From sequence record ON529858.1: a stretch of DNA of 64,000 bases; one strand, written 5' to 3'. The position numbers were made by a program, and so were the translations under genes. Positions within the stretch are counted from its first letter, which is position 1. Each line of letters starts with the position of its first letter. The notes below the pieces were generated by a model. It saw nothing but the letters and a program-made list of their open reading frames with translations, was not told the DNA's origin and did no database searches. Positions 41,335 through 53,882 of this stretch are shown here, piece by piece.

Positions 41335-43194
41335 TGCTTGACTTCCTCGCCGCCGCCTGGGCGGATCACCCCTTCTGGTTCTGCATCGCCCTGTGGTGGG
41401 CGCTGTTCTTCGCCTACGCGATCGCCAACATCCCGTTCAAGATCGTCAACCGCATCGTGCGTGGCGCCAGCATCCGCAAGAACGGCTGGCCCCCCGCCCA
41501 CTGTGACGCCGACGGCGACATCAAGAGCGTCACCTGATGTCGGAGCGTGACACCCGCGTCTTCACCCCGTTCTTCCTGGACGACCAGAACCTCGTCGACC
41601 TCTACCAGTCGCTGGAGGCCGGCGCCGTCGCCCTGCGCGAGCGTTCCCGGTCGCTGATGAACATCAGCATGGGTCTGACCGGCCGCTGGCCGGCGGACAC
41701 CGAGCGTCCGAAGGACCTGGGCGTGCTCAACGGCGTGCAGTTGACGGGCGATGAGGTCATGAAGATCGCCCAGGCCGTCGGCGCCCGCGCCACGGCGGCG
41801 GAGGACCTGCTGGCGGCATTCAAGGGGCGCAAGCTGAAGCTGCCGGCCCATCTGGACTTCACCACCTGGGACACCGAAACCCACACCTGCACCGTCGACG
41901 AGAAGACGCCCGAATGACCGCCCATCCCCTGACCGCCGCGATCGACCAGACCGTTTTGGTCTCCGCCGCCAACGCCTGCCGCCGGCACTATGAAGCGCTG
42001 GCGGAGAAGGAGGACATGGAGCAGCTTCAGAAGATCGCCGCGCAGCCGCGTGGATGGCTCGACAAGCGTCCGAAGGGGCTGAAGCGCGCCGAGGCCGCCG
42101 TCGGCTCCCTTGGGGGTTACTGGCCCGCCGGCTACAAGTCCAGGCGCTGGGCGGAGCGCGCCGGAGAGATCGAGCGCGCCGCCTCCGCCGCTCAGATCAC
42201 CGACATCCGTCTGGCGGAGGGCGACATCCGCCTCCTGCGCCGCTGGCTGGGAGAAGTGGAGACCGCCGGTGAATAAGCAGGAGCGCGGCCTGATGGCGGC
42301 GGTCCTGCACGAGCCTTTCGGCCGGCTGGTGATCTTCACGCCGGCGCTCTGCGATAGCTTCACCGACCTCCAGCACTTGGGCCTGTTCGAGAAAACCGAG
42401 GACTCCAAGGCCCGTCCGGGGTATCATGCCGACTGGACACTGACCAACGACGGTCACATCGCCCACCTGATCGCCAACAACATGAACCCGCGCCGGGCTT
42501 TCGAGCGCACGGTTCCGGTCATGGCGTCTCGGTTGCAGCACCGGCTCAACTTTGAGTTCCACGCCCCCGACGAGAAGGAGGGGGCGGCCGAGAAGGCGGT
42601 CCGCTCCGCCCTGGCGCGCCTGATGCGCAACGGGATCGTCGGCCGCGACGGCGTCTACGTCCGAGACGAGGCATGGCGCCTCATCCTCGAATAATCCATC
42701 CACCCGAAAGGACCACCATGCTCAAGAAAATGCCTGACGACCTGCCTCGCGAAATCTCGGCGCTGCTCCGCCTGCCTGAGTCGGACAACCCCCAGAACCG
42801 CGCCACGGCCGCCAACATCACGATCCCGGAACTGCCGGCCTACTTCGGCAAGCTGAAGACCCTGGGCTTCCTGGACGCCAACCAGCGCATCACCCGCCTG
42901 GGCGCGATCTACCGCGTCGTCGCTGAGTTCGGCGCCGAGCAGGGCGCGACCTTCAAGCACATCGCCCGTGAAGTCGGCGGCGATCGCGAATCGCTGGACG
43001 CCAACCTCGCCAAGCTGGTCGAGATGGGCCTGATCCAGGCGGGCGAGGTCAGCACCAAGCCCTTCATCGCCCCGCAGACGCAAGAGGCCTGGGACGAAGC
43101 CGAGCGCAAGCACGGCATCAAACCCCCGGAGGTCGGCCCGACCCCGGCGGAGCCCGGCTACATCGCCCTGGCGTTCGAACTTCCCGAAGCCTGA
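41334..43194 (+). CDS. Hypothetical genes (41334-41537, 41537-41917, 41914-42276, 42269-42694, 42719-43194 wHTH-like)
   Basis: Coupled ORFs. Confidence 0.55.
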
Positions 43195-43273
43195 ACGATT
43201 GTGTTGACATGCGCGCCACCCGGTGCGTATGTCAACGCTCACGACGTCCACATAAACCCGCAGGAGAGCCACC

Positions 43274-43507
43274 ATGGCTGATATTTACGACCGCGTCCGG
43301 ACCATCACCGTCGACCAACTCGACTGTGACCCGGATCGCGTCTCGCCCGAGGCCACCTTCGACGACCTGGGTGCCGACTCGCTCGATCAAGTCGAACTGG
43401 TCATGGCGTTCGAAGAAGAGTTCGACGTCGAGATCAGCGACGACGAGGCGGAAAACGCCAGGACCGTTCAGGACGTCGTCAACCTCGTGACGAAGGCCTT
43501 GGGATAA
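43274..43507 (+). CDS. acpP: Acyl carrier protein
   Basis: Acidic 77-aa protein with DLGADSLDQVELVMAFEEEFDVEISDDEA; has its own promoter. Confidence 0.93.
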   Translation: MADIYDRVRTITVDQLDCDPDRVSPEATFDDLGADSLDQVELVMAFEEEFDVEISDDEAENARTVQDVVNLVTKALG

Positions 43508-43510
43508 CCC

Positions 43511-43977
43511 ATGGCCGCCGAGATTCCGTATCGAGTCACCTGCGATGACCCGCAGTGCGACACCGACATCAAGATCAAGGCGCCGGATGGCTCAGCGGTC
43601 GGGTCCTATGACCTGCCGCTGAAGCGTCTGCTGAACGCCATGGGCTGGGATACGGACCACGCGGGCATGACTATCTGCCCGAACCATCCGCGTCCCTACC
43701 GCCCGCCGGAGTTCCCGGTCGAGGCGCCCTGATGGCGATCGGTGAGGCCCGGTGGTCCGTCACCTGCGACGGCCGGTGCGGCGAAACCTTCGACGACTAC
43801 GAGGGCACGGCACTGGCCGGCGGCGGCTACGACGCCCGGTTTATCCCTGCCACGCTACGCCGCGAAGGTTGGCTCGTCGACCTCCCGGTGACCATCTGCC
43901 CCGACTGCAAGGAAGAGGCAGAGACCGCAATCATAGAGGCCGAACAATCGGCCCTGGAAACGCAACCCCAGGAATAG
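43511..43977 (+). CDS. Two small paralogous Cys-containing proteins (43511-43732, 43732-43977)
   Basis: Both have VTCD..C ... L...GW ... TICP. Confidence 0.65.
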
Positions 43978-44405
43978 GAGTTCATCGTTGGGAACCGCAC
44001 TGTATTGGGCTCACGTCAGCTTCGTTTGGATGACCGCGCCGATCCGCTGGCTCAACGCACGCCGCCCGGAGATGAAGTGAGCGACATCACGAGCATCATG
44101 CTTGGCTGCTTCTGTCACGTCCGTCAGAAGGATTCGCCTACCGTCCTGCGAGGGTTCATCACCCACGTTGATCCCGCCTGGATGAACGTCGCCGAGTTCA
44201 CGCCGCTGCTGGCGGACCGCCGCAAGGCTGGCCTGGGGCCGCTCTGTTTCGCGGGGCTCGCCAAGGACGGACCCCGTATCGCTTTCGAGCCCCAGGATGC
44301 GGTCTACGACGCCCTCCTGGGCGGCTACATCCTCGACTTCGCCAAGGTCATCGCCTTCACCAGCGATGCGGTTCTGATCATCCAACGGGGACAGCACGGC
44401 AGGCG

Positions 44406-44473
44406 CTGATCTTTCTTGGCGCGAGAGTGTTGACAAGCCCTCTCCCATCCCATACATCACCTCCAACGACGCA
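44406..44473 (+). repeat. Promoter cassette copy B
   Basis: 61/68 identical to 33150-33217. Confidence 0.85.
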
Positions 44474-44486
44474 ACTGGAGACCCTG

Positions 44487-45743
44487 ATGTTCACGCCCCT
44501 GCCGATCCCCGCCGACCTCGCCATCTGGAAGCAGAGAGAAGTCGAGCGCCTGCGCGAGAGGTTCGAGACCTCGACCTACACCGCCAACGGCGTGCTGTTC
44601 TGGCAGTCGAATGACGCGCCCGTGCCGGTCGACTGCTTCCGCGACGCCTTCTGCACGGCGCCCGAGGCCCAGGCCGACGCCTGCAAGGCCCACACCAGCG
44701 CGGCGATCGCCCGCTACGTTGAAGCCCGCAAGACCGTCTCGGCTGACCAGTTGGCCGAAGAGCGCTTCGCCGCCCGCGCCGCCCACGGCCCCGGCGTCGT
44801 CCTGGTCGACCTCTTCTCCGGTGAAAGGATCGTCACCTAATGGCACACCCCCGTTTCCGCGTCCTCGCCCGCGTCGCCGGTGTCGAGCACACCCTGCGCA
44901 CGCTCAAGTTCGTCAAGGCGGCCCGCACCTTCGCTGAAGAGCAGGTCCTGTATGTCGCCGAGTTCGAAGAACGCGCGGCTGACGATCCCGAGGTGGTCGC
45001 CGCCATCCAGCGCATTCGGGTCTTCACCCCCACCGATTTCGTGACCGTGATCATCGGGTCGTCGACGGTGCGGCTGGAGGCGGTGGATTGAACATCCCCG
45101 TCGCCCGCATCTACGAGATCGAGCACGAAGGCATCACCTATCTGGTGACCCAGCGCACGATCACCCAGCGGATCGCCCGCATCACCAAGCAGGTGAAGAC
45201 CATCGACGGCGCCCGGACCTACAAGGTGCTCGACCCCGAGCGGGGCGCTGAGCGCAACGCCCTCACCCTCGCCCGCCCCGTCATTCAAGCCCTCATCGCC
45301 CGGATCAACGCCGGCGAAGGCGTCGTCAAGGAGGATCGCTACACATGAACGCCACCCAGAAATCCAAGGTCGTCCTCGCCGCCTGCCTGGGAGGCATGGC
45401 CCTCATCGTCGGCGGCATCGGCACGTTGGCCGTCAAGTCCCACGAGGACTACAATCTTCAGACCGAACGCATGATCGTCAGCATCCGCACCGGTGGGGAC
45501 ATCCTGGTCACGCAAGAGCCCGTCCGCACCGTGAAGGACGGCGAGGCCTGCTACCAGTATCGCGGCGTGCTGATCGAAGAGCAATCGTCTCAGGTCCCGA
45601 TCGGGTCGCCTGTGGTCGGCTACGTCTGCATGAAGAATCGCGAACTCACCCGCGAGGGGCGTGGTCTCGGCACCGAAATGATGGAGGTGTCCCATGACGG
45701 CCCGATGAGGCGCTGGATCGACACCGGGCGCTTCAAGCAGTAG
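44487..45743 (+). CDS. Four hypothetical genes (44487-44840, 44840-45091, 45088-45348, 45345-45743)
   Basis: Promoter, RBS and coupling. Confidence 0.55.
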
Positions 45744-45833
45744 CGAATACACGGCAAACTTTTCTTGTCCTGAGAGTGTTGACAGGCTTCGCGCGCGCCT
45801 CTAAGAGATCGTTCAACGACGCAACGCAAGGAG

Positions 45834-46871
45834 ATGATCTTGACCAAGACCGCCGCCAAGACGAAGAAGCCCGCCGCCAAGAAGGCCTACAAGGCTGACG
45901 GCCCCAAGGTCGACCTCTACGCGGTCGTCACCGACAAGATCGTCGCCGCGCTGGAAGCCGGCGTCCGCCCCTGGATGAAGCCCTGGAACGCGCCGGCCGG
46001 CGGTAGCTTCGGCGGGCAACTGCCGCGCCGCGTCACCGGTCAGGCCTACACCGGCATCAACGTCGTCCTGCTCTGGGCCGAGGCCTCGGATCGCGGCTAC
46101 GCGAACCCGACCTGGATGACCTTCAAGCAGGCGATCGAACTGAAGGGCGGCGTCCGCAAGGGCGAGAAGGGCACGACCATCGTCTATGCGTCGAAGTTCA
46201 AGAAGGACGTCGACGACGGCAAGGGCGGCACGAAGGAAGCCTGGATTCCCTTCCTGAAGTCCTACACCGTGTTCAACGTCGAGCAGATCGACGGCCTGCC
46301 CGAGAAGTTCTACCTGAAGGCCGAAGAGCCCGTCACGGTCGACGAGGCTGTCAAGGCCAAGCTGGAGCGCATCGAGCACGCCGACGCCTTCTTCCTGGCG
46401 ACCGGCGGCGTCGTCAAGCACGGCGGTGGTCGCGCCTTCTTCACCCAGGGCGGCGACTATATCCAGATGCCCGAGTTCGACTCCTTCAAGGAGGCCGAGG
46501 GCTACTACGCCACGCTGGGCCACGAGTTTGTCCACTGGACGGGTTCGGACAAGCGCCTGAACCGCGTCTTCGGCGCCAAGTTCGGCGACGAGGCCTACGC
46601 CGCCGAGGAACTGGTTGCCGAGTTGGGCTCCGCCTTCCTGTGCGCCACCCTGGGGATCACTCCGGAGGTCCGCGAGGATCACGCCGCCTACATCCAGTCC
46701 TGGCTCAAGGTCCTGAAGGGCGACAAGCGCTTCATCTTCACGGCCGCCTCGCTGGCGACCAAGGCCGTCGAGCACCTGTCGGCCTACTCGGAAGAGGACG
46801 CCGACCTGGGCGAGCCCGACACCATCATCGAAGCGGTCGAAGAGGACGCTGCGCTGGCGATGGCCGCATGA
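45834..46871 (+). CDS. ardC: ArdC-like antirestriction ssDNA-binding protein with zincin domain
   Basis: VTDKIVAALEAGVRPW.KPW, YTGIN..LW, W.TFKQA..GG.VRKGEKG, YTVFNVEQ, HEFVHWTG and EELVAELGSAFL. Confidence 0.88.
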   Translation: MILTKTAAKTKKPAAKKAYKADGPKVDLYAVVTDKIVAALEAGVRPWMKPWNAPAGGSFGGQLPRRVTGQAYTGINVVLLWAEASDRGYANPTWMTFKQAIELKGGVRKGEKGTTIVYASKFKKDVDDGKGGTKEAWIPFLKSYTVFNVEQIDGLPEKFYLKAEEPVTVDEAVKAKLERIEHADAFFLATGGVVKHGGGRAFFTQGGDYIQMPEFDSFKEAEGYYATLGHEFVHWTGSDKRLNRVFGAKFGDEAYAAEELVAELGSAFLCATLGITPEVREDHAAYIQSWLKVLKGDKRFIFTAASLATKAVEHLSAYSEEDADLGEPDTIIEAVEEDAALAMAA

Positions 46872-47937
46872 GCGAGGCCAAGCCCGTCCTGCCGATCGCT
46901 CAGGGCGATTGGGTCGCCGAGAACCGGGACGGGCTGGGCCAGCTTCGCGTCGGTCGGGTCAAATATGCGTGGTTCGACAAGGGTGAAATCCTCATGAACG
47001 TCGTGCTGTTCAGCATGGACGGCGACAAGGTCGGCCGCGACAGTCCGGCGATGGGCGGGCCGCGCACGTTCGAGCCCTGCGTCCCCTTCGATGAACGATG
47101 GACCCGGATCGAGCCGCCGGACTTCCCGCTGATCGCCGAGCCCGTGCAGCGCCCCGTGCCGGACAAGCCGGGCACGGTGGTCCTCGACTACAGCTATCGC
47201 GGCGCCAGCGGCTGGAAGCCCAAGCCCGCCCGCACCCGCGCCGTCAAGCAGTCTGGGGATCGTGCGCGCACGCCACGCCGCTACACGATCGTCGAGGTCG
47301 AGAAGCCGTCGAACGGCCTGGACCTGGAGATCGCCGGCCTGCGCCGCTCCGCCCAGGAGATGCGCGACCTCGCACGCACCGTGGCGCCCGACGCCAGGGC
47401 GGCTATGATCGAGCGCGCGGATGCGCTAGACAAGGAAGCGGCGACCCTCTCGGCGTCGTGACATTTCGAGCACAAAAGTCCCGCGACGTAAAATGTCGTG
47501 GAACCTGACGGTGGTTGGAGTGTTTAGCAGACCTCCAGTTCATCCATCAAGGACACCAAACCATGGACCTCCATCACGTCGACGCCGCTGAGCGCGTCAA
47601 TGGTCAAATCACCTGGACCCGCGAGCCCACGAAGATGTCGCCCGAGAACGGCGGCGTCCTGGACTCGGGTCAAGCCGATTGGGGCGACTTCGAACTGTCG
47701 AAGCCCAACAACGGCGCCGTGGTGGTGAAGTTCACCGCCAAGGGCCAGGAGTTCCAGGCCACCCTCGACACCGGCGGTGAGACCGACATCTCCACGGTCC
47801 GTCCCCTGGTCGGCCCGGCCCTGCTGACGTGGCTCCGCGCCAACCGTCCCGACCACACCCTTCTGAAGGACATGGAGTCGTCCGGCGGTCAATACGTCAC
47901 CGTCGCCGACTACCAAGGCACCCACCAGGAACGCTAA
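46868..47937 (+). CDS. Two hypothetical genes (46868-47461, 47563-47937)
   Basis: ORFs with RBS. Confidence 0.55.
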
Positions 47938-47959
47938 GCCCCCAGCGCTCTCGGTCAAG

Positions 47960-47992
47960 ACGGCGGTCCCTCACGGGGCCGCCGTTTTTCTT
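47960..47992 (+). terminator. Intrinsic terminator
   Basis: Stem ACGGCGGTCCC/GGGGCCGCCGT followed by a T-run. Confidence 0.8.
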
Positions 47993-48063
47993 TGTCCGTC
48001 GTGTGTTGACTGCACGCATTCGGCCGGCTACAGCTTCGATCGACGACAGATCGAAAGGAGCCC

Positions 48064-51000
48064 ATGCCGGAACTCAAGCACAAGAAGCCCTGCAAGGTCT
48101 GCCCGTGGCGCCGCGAGAGCGCGCCGGGCTGGCTGGGCTCATCGACCCCTGAAGAGTTCCTGGCCCAGGCCAAGATGGAACTCCACATGCCCTGCCACGC
48201 CGCGATCGACTACGAGCGCGAGGATTGGCGCGCCCAGGCGGAAGCAGGGCCGCACTGCGCCGGGTCCCTGATCTTCCTGGCGAACCACTGCATCCTTCCG
48301 CGAGACCCCGTCCTGGCCGCCAAGCGCGCCCAGGTCGAGACGGACCGCGAGACCGTGTTCGCCCATTCGGCGCAGTTCCTCGCCCACCATCAACAGTTCC
48401 AGGAGACCCCCTGATGCGTCGCAACGGCTTCAACGAACTCTACCTCCAGCCGGACGATGATCTGATCATCTCCCTGGACCAGCAGGGCAAGGACACCGAC
48501 CTGTTCGCCCGGCTCCTGGAGGACGTGCCCGAGGGCGACGGGCCGACGCCGGGCTGGGGCTGCGAGTTGGTCAGCAACGAGACGGACGAGACGGTCGCCT
48601 ATGTCGAAGGCTTCGACAGCGAGGAAGACCTGCGCGTCTATCTGGTCGAAGCCGAGATCGAGATCACCTGATGGGCTGGACCCTGCTGATCGCCGTCGTC
48701 TACTTCGTCTACGGAGCCATCTTCGCCGTGGGCTTCGGCAGGGTCTCGACCCGTCCCTGGCTGGCCCGGTGGTCGATCGCTCTGGCGATCTTCTTCCTGT
48801 GGCCTGCTGCGGTGGTGCTGATGGGATTCGTCGTGGCCGGCGCCTGCGGTCGGATTGTCGGAGACTACTTCTCCCGCTTCTGATTTTCTTGGCGCGAGAG
48901 TGTTGACAGGGTCGATCGACGCGCCTAGTAAGACCGGGACGACAACGAAGGAGACCTCATGACCGACCAAGCCGAACTTCAGACCACCCGCATCGACCTG
49001 CTGCAAGGTCTGCGCGTCGCCCTCAAGCCGCTGAACGAACGCGAGACGCTGGCCGGCAAGGGTCTGGCGATCGCCGTCTTCCGGGGGCTGCACGCCGCCC
49101 AGAGCGCCGTGACCCAGGAGCGCCGGGTCGAGGAAGCCCAGGGCATCTTCGCCGGCCTGAAGCTGGCGCTGGAGTTCACGCCGATCCGCCCCGGCGAGAC
49201 CGAGAAGATGACCCTGCTGCTGGAAGTCGCGGCGCTGGTTCATGACGTGCTGGTCACGGGGAGCCCGAAATACGTCACGGCGCAGAAGGCCCGCTACGTC
49301 GGTCTGGTCCTGCGCCTGCAAGCGATCGCCGCATGAAGACGCGCATCATCCTGGAGATCGAGGTCGACGCTGACGCCCTGGAAGTCGAGGCCTATGCAGG
49401 TCTCGGCCTCCGCGAGATCAAGTCCGATCTCTACCGCGTGCTGGCTGAGCCGTTCGGCTCGGAGGACGTGTCCAAAGTCACCCTCAAGATGGAGCCGATC
49501 TGATGAACGGCGCCGTCACCTACGCGGTCACGCCCTACGCCTACAAGGTCCAGGTCTGGCGCAACACGCCGACCGGGGCTGAACTGGTCGAGGAATACAC
49601 CGGCGGCAACTCGACCCTGGACTCCCAGGCCTTCGTGCCCCTGACCGCCCTCACCTGCGAGACCCCCGAGGCGATGGGACGCTACGCCCTGTCGACCGCC
49701 CAGGAGATGGCGACCAAGCACGGCATCGACCACTACGACATCGGGCGCGATGAAGATGAAGAGGCCGCCCTGCTGGAGGCCTACGGACCCAAGGAGGCTG
49801 CATGACAGACGTGACCCCGGCCTATGTGCCGGACCCCGAGATGGACCACATTCACGGCGACAGCGACGAGATCACGATGCTGCGCCGGCTGGTGGAACTG
49901 TATCAGGCCGGCGCCGTGATCGAATATCACGACATGCCCGACGAGAAGGCCAAGCGCTTCCACGTCGGCTTCCGCTACAACTGCATGTCGGACGACGACT
50001 ATTTCGAGTCGCAGGAACTGGAGCGGCGGCTGGGCGTGAAGGACAACGCGAACCATCGCGGCGATCCGGTGCTGCGCCGATGAGACGCAAGGGTTCCCTC
50101 GTAAACGCGACCGCTGCGCAACTCTATTTGAAGGGCCTGATCCGCTTTTCGGAGATGATCGCCGTCCCCCTGCAAAAGCCCTCACGCGAGGTGCGGCCGT
50201 GAAGCTGGGTCCCCTCAAGACCGCCATCCGCAACTTCAACGGCACCGTCACCGCCAACTGGAACTCCAGCCTGTTCACGGTTCAGAGCCCGGTGGTCGTC
50301 GGCTTCGGCAAGACCATGCTGATCGCCGCGCTCGACACCGCCTATGGCAAGGACAACAAGGTCGAGACCGGCTTGCAGTTTGATGAAACGACCGGGATGC
50401 TGGCGCGGGACACCGCCGAGGGCAACCGCTCGGACCTGGGGATGTGATGAGACAGCGCCTCTCCGACGCATGGTGGTGGCTCCGCTACGCCTTCACGATC
50501 CTGCTCTGCACCTCCCAGCATGTCGAGGTGCGGCTGAAGGCCTACCAGCGGCTGGACGCCCTGGACAAAGAAAACCCGCGCCTCGCCGCGCTATCTAAGA
50601 AGGAACCCACCGATGTCGCGCTCTGAGATCAACTTCCCCAAGTTCCACGGCCTGTCGATCGGCAAGCGCGACGCGGACTGCTACGACGTCTACTACAGCG
50701 GGCCTCGCATCGGTCAGGAAGGTCACCCCGGCGGGCGCGTGGCGGCACTGCGATCGTCCTTCACTGAGGATGAGAAGGGCGAGCGCACCGCGACGCCCGG
50801 CACCTGGATCATCCGCTGGGAGCACCGTGACCCTGATACGAAATACGAGCGCTTCCAGAAGGACATCCCCGAGGCGATCGAGAGCCTGCGGTTCGAGTCG
50901 GTCCACGAGGCCTACGCCTTCTACTGCTCGCGCGTGCTCCTGTGACCATCACCGTTGATCAAATCCGCCTGGAGCCCGTGCCGGCCGAGGAACTGAAGAC

Positions 51001-53488
51001 CGTCAAGACCGGGCGCCGGCGGACGCGGACCGTCACGCTGAAGCGCTACCGCGCCTTCGTCGGCAATGAGCGCGTCGGCGAGATCGGCCAGCGGATGGCG
51101 ACGTTCGAGACGCGAGGCAAGGGCAACCGCTACGTCAGCGACCGGTGGGAGAGCCCGCGCTGGTATGCCGAGATCAAGGGCCAGGGCTGGCAGAAGCCGG
51201 TGTTCGAGACCCGCACCCAGGCCCTGGATGTGCTCGCCTACGTCCTGAACGACACGGCGCTCGGACAGGGGTTGACAGCCGATCTGTTTCCGATCTAAAT
51301 CCGATCGACATCAACAAGGAGGCCCACATGGATCAGCTTAAAGACTGGAATGCGCGGCGCGCGGGCGGTCGGATCACCATCGTCCACGCGACCGGCAAGG
51401 TCGTCGGCGTCGACGTCATCAAGCCCGTCGGCGGACGCACCGTCGCGGTCGACCTGAACGAACGCGAGTTCGATCTGGCGAACCCCGCCCTGGACGAACT
51501 GCTCGCTGCCGCTGCTGAGTTCGCGGCGCCCAACGACACCCCCGCGTCGCAGCGGCTGAAGGAAGCACTGGAGGCGTTCGCTTGAGCGACACTGTCCTGG
51601 TCGACGCCGCCAAGGCGTGGGAAATCCGCCGCCTGATGAACAGCATCAACAGTCGCCGGTCGGGCATGACGCCCGAGCGCGCTGTTGGGGACGCCATGCA
51701 ACCGGCCTGGGATCGCTGCCGGGGCAACCTGACCATCTCGCTCAACAAGGCCCAGGGCCTGTTGACCGGCACGGCCACCGCGCTTGAAGCGTTCGACGAC
51801 CCCGTCATCCCTTCTCTCGTCGCCGCGCTTCACCACGTCGGCCGGGTGCTGGAGGTCCAGTATCTGCCTGAGATGGATCAGCTACGCCACCGGGGCGACG
51901 AGGTGCATCTGCAAGTCCAGATCGCGTCCTTCATCCAGGAGCACGGCTTCGCTCACCCCGTCGACTACATCGGCGCGCCTTTCATCCTGGGCGAGACCTA
52001 CGAGACCTTCGACGGCCGCTCGGTCAAGATCGTCGAGTTGAAGCACGACCTGAAGGGCTACGAGACCGTGCTGGGCGACGATGACAAGCACCGTTACGAC
52101 CGCTCCGGCCTCCAAGAGCGCGGGCGCTGCACCGGGTCCAAGGCGACCTCCCCCCACAACCTCTATCCCCGGAGACTGTATGCCTGAGCCCCTGGACCAC
52201 GCCGCCGTCATGGCGGACCCAAGGTCGTTCGAGGTCACGGTCACCCGCACCACGCACGTCACCGTCCAGGTGACCGCGACGACCGAAGAAGACGCCCGCC
52301 AGAAGGCGGAGCGCGCCGCCGATCCGCTGCTGAAGACCATGCCGTCGACCTTCGACGCGGTCATCAATGCGTCCTGGCCGGCGCATCAGCAGGCGACGGG
52401 CGACATCGAGATCATCCAGGGCCTGGAGGTCCTGCGCGGCTGGTGGATCGTCACGTCCCTGGACTTCCAGGCGCGGGCCTACACCCCCAACGAGTTCTTC
52501 ACCGAGGACGTGGACTTCCAGGACAAGAAGACCATGTCCAAGCGCGCCCGCGAACTGCTGAACTCTCACGACCCCGGCAACCAGACGGTCTTCGGCGTCT
52601 ACCGCTACCACGGCTACGGCGCCCGCAAGCCGGGCGAGCCTTTCTGGACCTACGACGTCAAGAAGGAAAACGCCATGAAGGCCGTCCGCCGCCGCCTGAA
52701 CAAGGCGCAGGAGGAAGAGCGTCAGCGGATGGCTGCGCTGAAGCGCACCGTCGGCCTCGCCCAGACCGAGGCTGACATGGTCCGGGCGATCCTGGAGATG
52801 ACGAACAGCCCAGGCTACGGCCTGACCCGCTGCGCGAAAGGCCGCTGGACGACCCATGCGGCACTCGGCGATCGCGACCCCGCCACGACCGTCCTGGACG
52901 GCGAGTGGTCGGTCGACGTCGACGTCGTGCGTCACCTGCTCGATCGCGGGCTCGCCACGGTGTTCGACAAGTTCGCCGTCTCCGGTCAGCCCCGTCAAAT
53001 CACCCTGTCGCCCGCCGGCGTCGCCTACAAACCGAAGGTCCGATACGGATGAACAAGTCCCGAATCCGCGCGATGAGTTTCCTGGGCGGCTGCGTCGCAG
53101 CCGTCGGGATCACGGCCATGGTCAGCATCGCCGTCGTCGCCTGTTCGCCCAGGCCCGCCCAGGCCGGCGGCGAGATCGCGGCGGTCAAGATCAGTGAGAC
53201 CCCCGGCGGCTGCGCCGTCTACTGGATCAAGGACCCGAACACCAACAACGACGTCTACATCACCACGGTCTACGGCGAGCGCACCTGCTCGGTGGCGGTC
53301 CAGTGAGCGCGCCGTCCGAACCGACCCAGCCGCCCGCCTGGGCCTGGGCCTGCCTGATCGCGGCGATCGTCTTCGCGGGGCTTTCGTCCGGAGCCGGCGA
53401 GTTCTGGGGCCGCCAGTTGGTCGCCCTGTCGGGCCTTCTCATGGGCTTCGGCCTGCGCGAAATGCTGCTGCATAGGAGGCAGAAATAA
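48064..53488 (+). CDS. Array of ~17 small hypothetical genes (e.g. 48064-48414 Cys/His-rich, 48959-49336, 50613-50945, 51582-52187, 52180-53052, 53049-53306)
   Basis: Tightly coupled + strand ORFs with promoters at 48006, 48903 and 51272. Confidence 0.55.
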
Positions 53489-53514
53489 AATCTGACGTCA
53501 TCGAAAATAACTGA

Positions 53515-53543
53515 TTGACGTCGGCGGGTGGCCTCTCTACATA
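53515..53543 (+). promoter_or_regulatory. Promoter for the tRNA-like RNAs
   Basis: TTGACG-17-TACATA; the predicted start (~53550) coincides with a 9-bp hairpin. Confidence 0.65.
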
Positions 53544-53550
53544 GGTCATC

Positions 53551-53575
53551 AGCGGCGACGGACTAAGTCGCCGCT
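53551..53575 (+). other. Perfect 9-bp leader hairpin
   Basis: AGCGGCGAC/GTCGCCGCT with a 7-nt loop. Confidence 0.7.
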
Positions 53576-53585
53576 CGCGAACAGG

Positions 53586-53859
53586 CCGAGGTTAGCTCAG
53601 TTGGTAGAGCGCCGGAGGTCACAGTAGCGGAGGTTGGATTTAGCGAGGCATCGCGAACGCTGGTTCTTCACCGGCCGCCGCCATCCCGAGCGAAAGTCGG
53701 ACTGCCCCTTCGAAGGGCAGGACTTGAGGCGCCTGAGTAGGGCGGAGTGGATAGGGTTTTCGCGAGCCCCTGAAGCCTCTCCCCAAAGGTCGCCGAGACA
53801 ATCTTCGTGGTGAATAGAAGACCCGGAGGTCGGTGGTTCGAACCCATCACCTCGGACCA
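53586..53859 (+). ncRNA. tRNA-like RNA 1, with a 205-nt segment in place of the 7-nt anticodon loop
   Basis: Acceptor CCGAGGT/ACCTCGG (7 bp), D arm GCTC-AGTTGGTA-GAGC, anticodon stem CCGG/CCGG, variable loop AGGTC, T arm GGTGG-TTCGAAC-CCATC, A73 and CCA. Confidence 0.85.
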
Positions 53860-53882
53860 TTCGCGAGACGTGCGTTGACTAT

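Noticed and set aside
47462-47560. AT-richer intergenic stretch with short inverted repeats (ACATTT/AAATGT, CGCGAC/GTCGTG, GGAG/CTCC)
   Set aside because: The stems are too short to call an RNA or operator; a similar case is 60737-60772.
53875-53880. TTGACT between the two RNAs as a second promoter
   Set aside because: There is no TA-type -10 at 17-18 nt, and a start would fall inside RNA 2.
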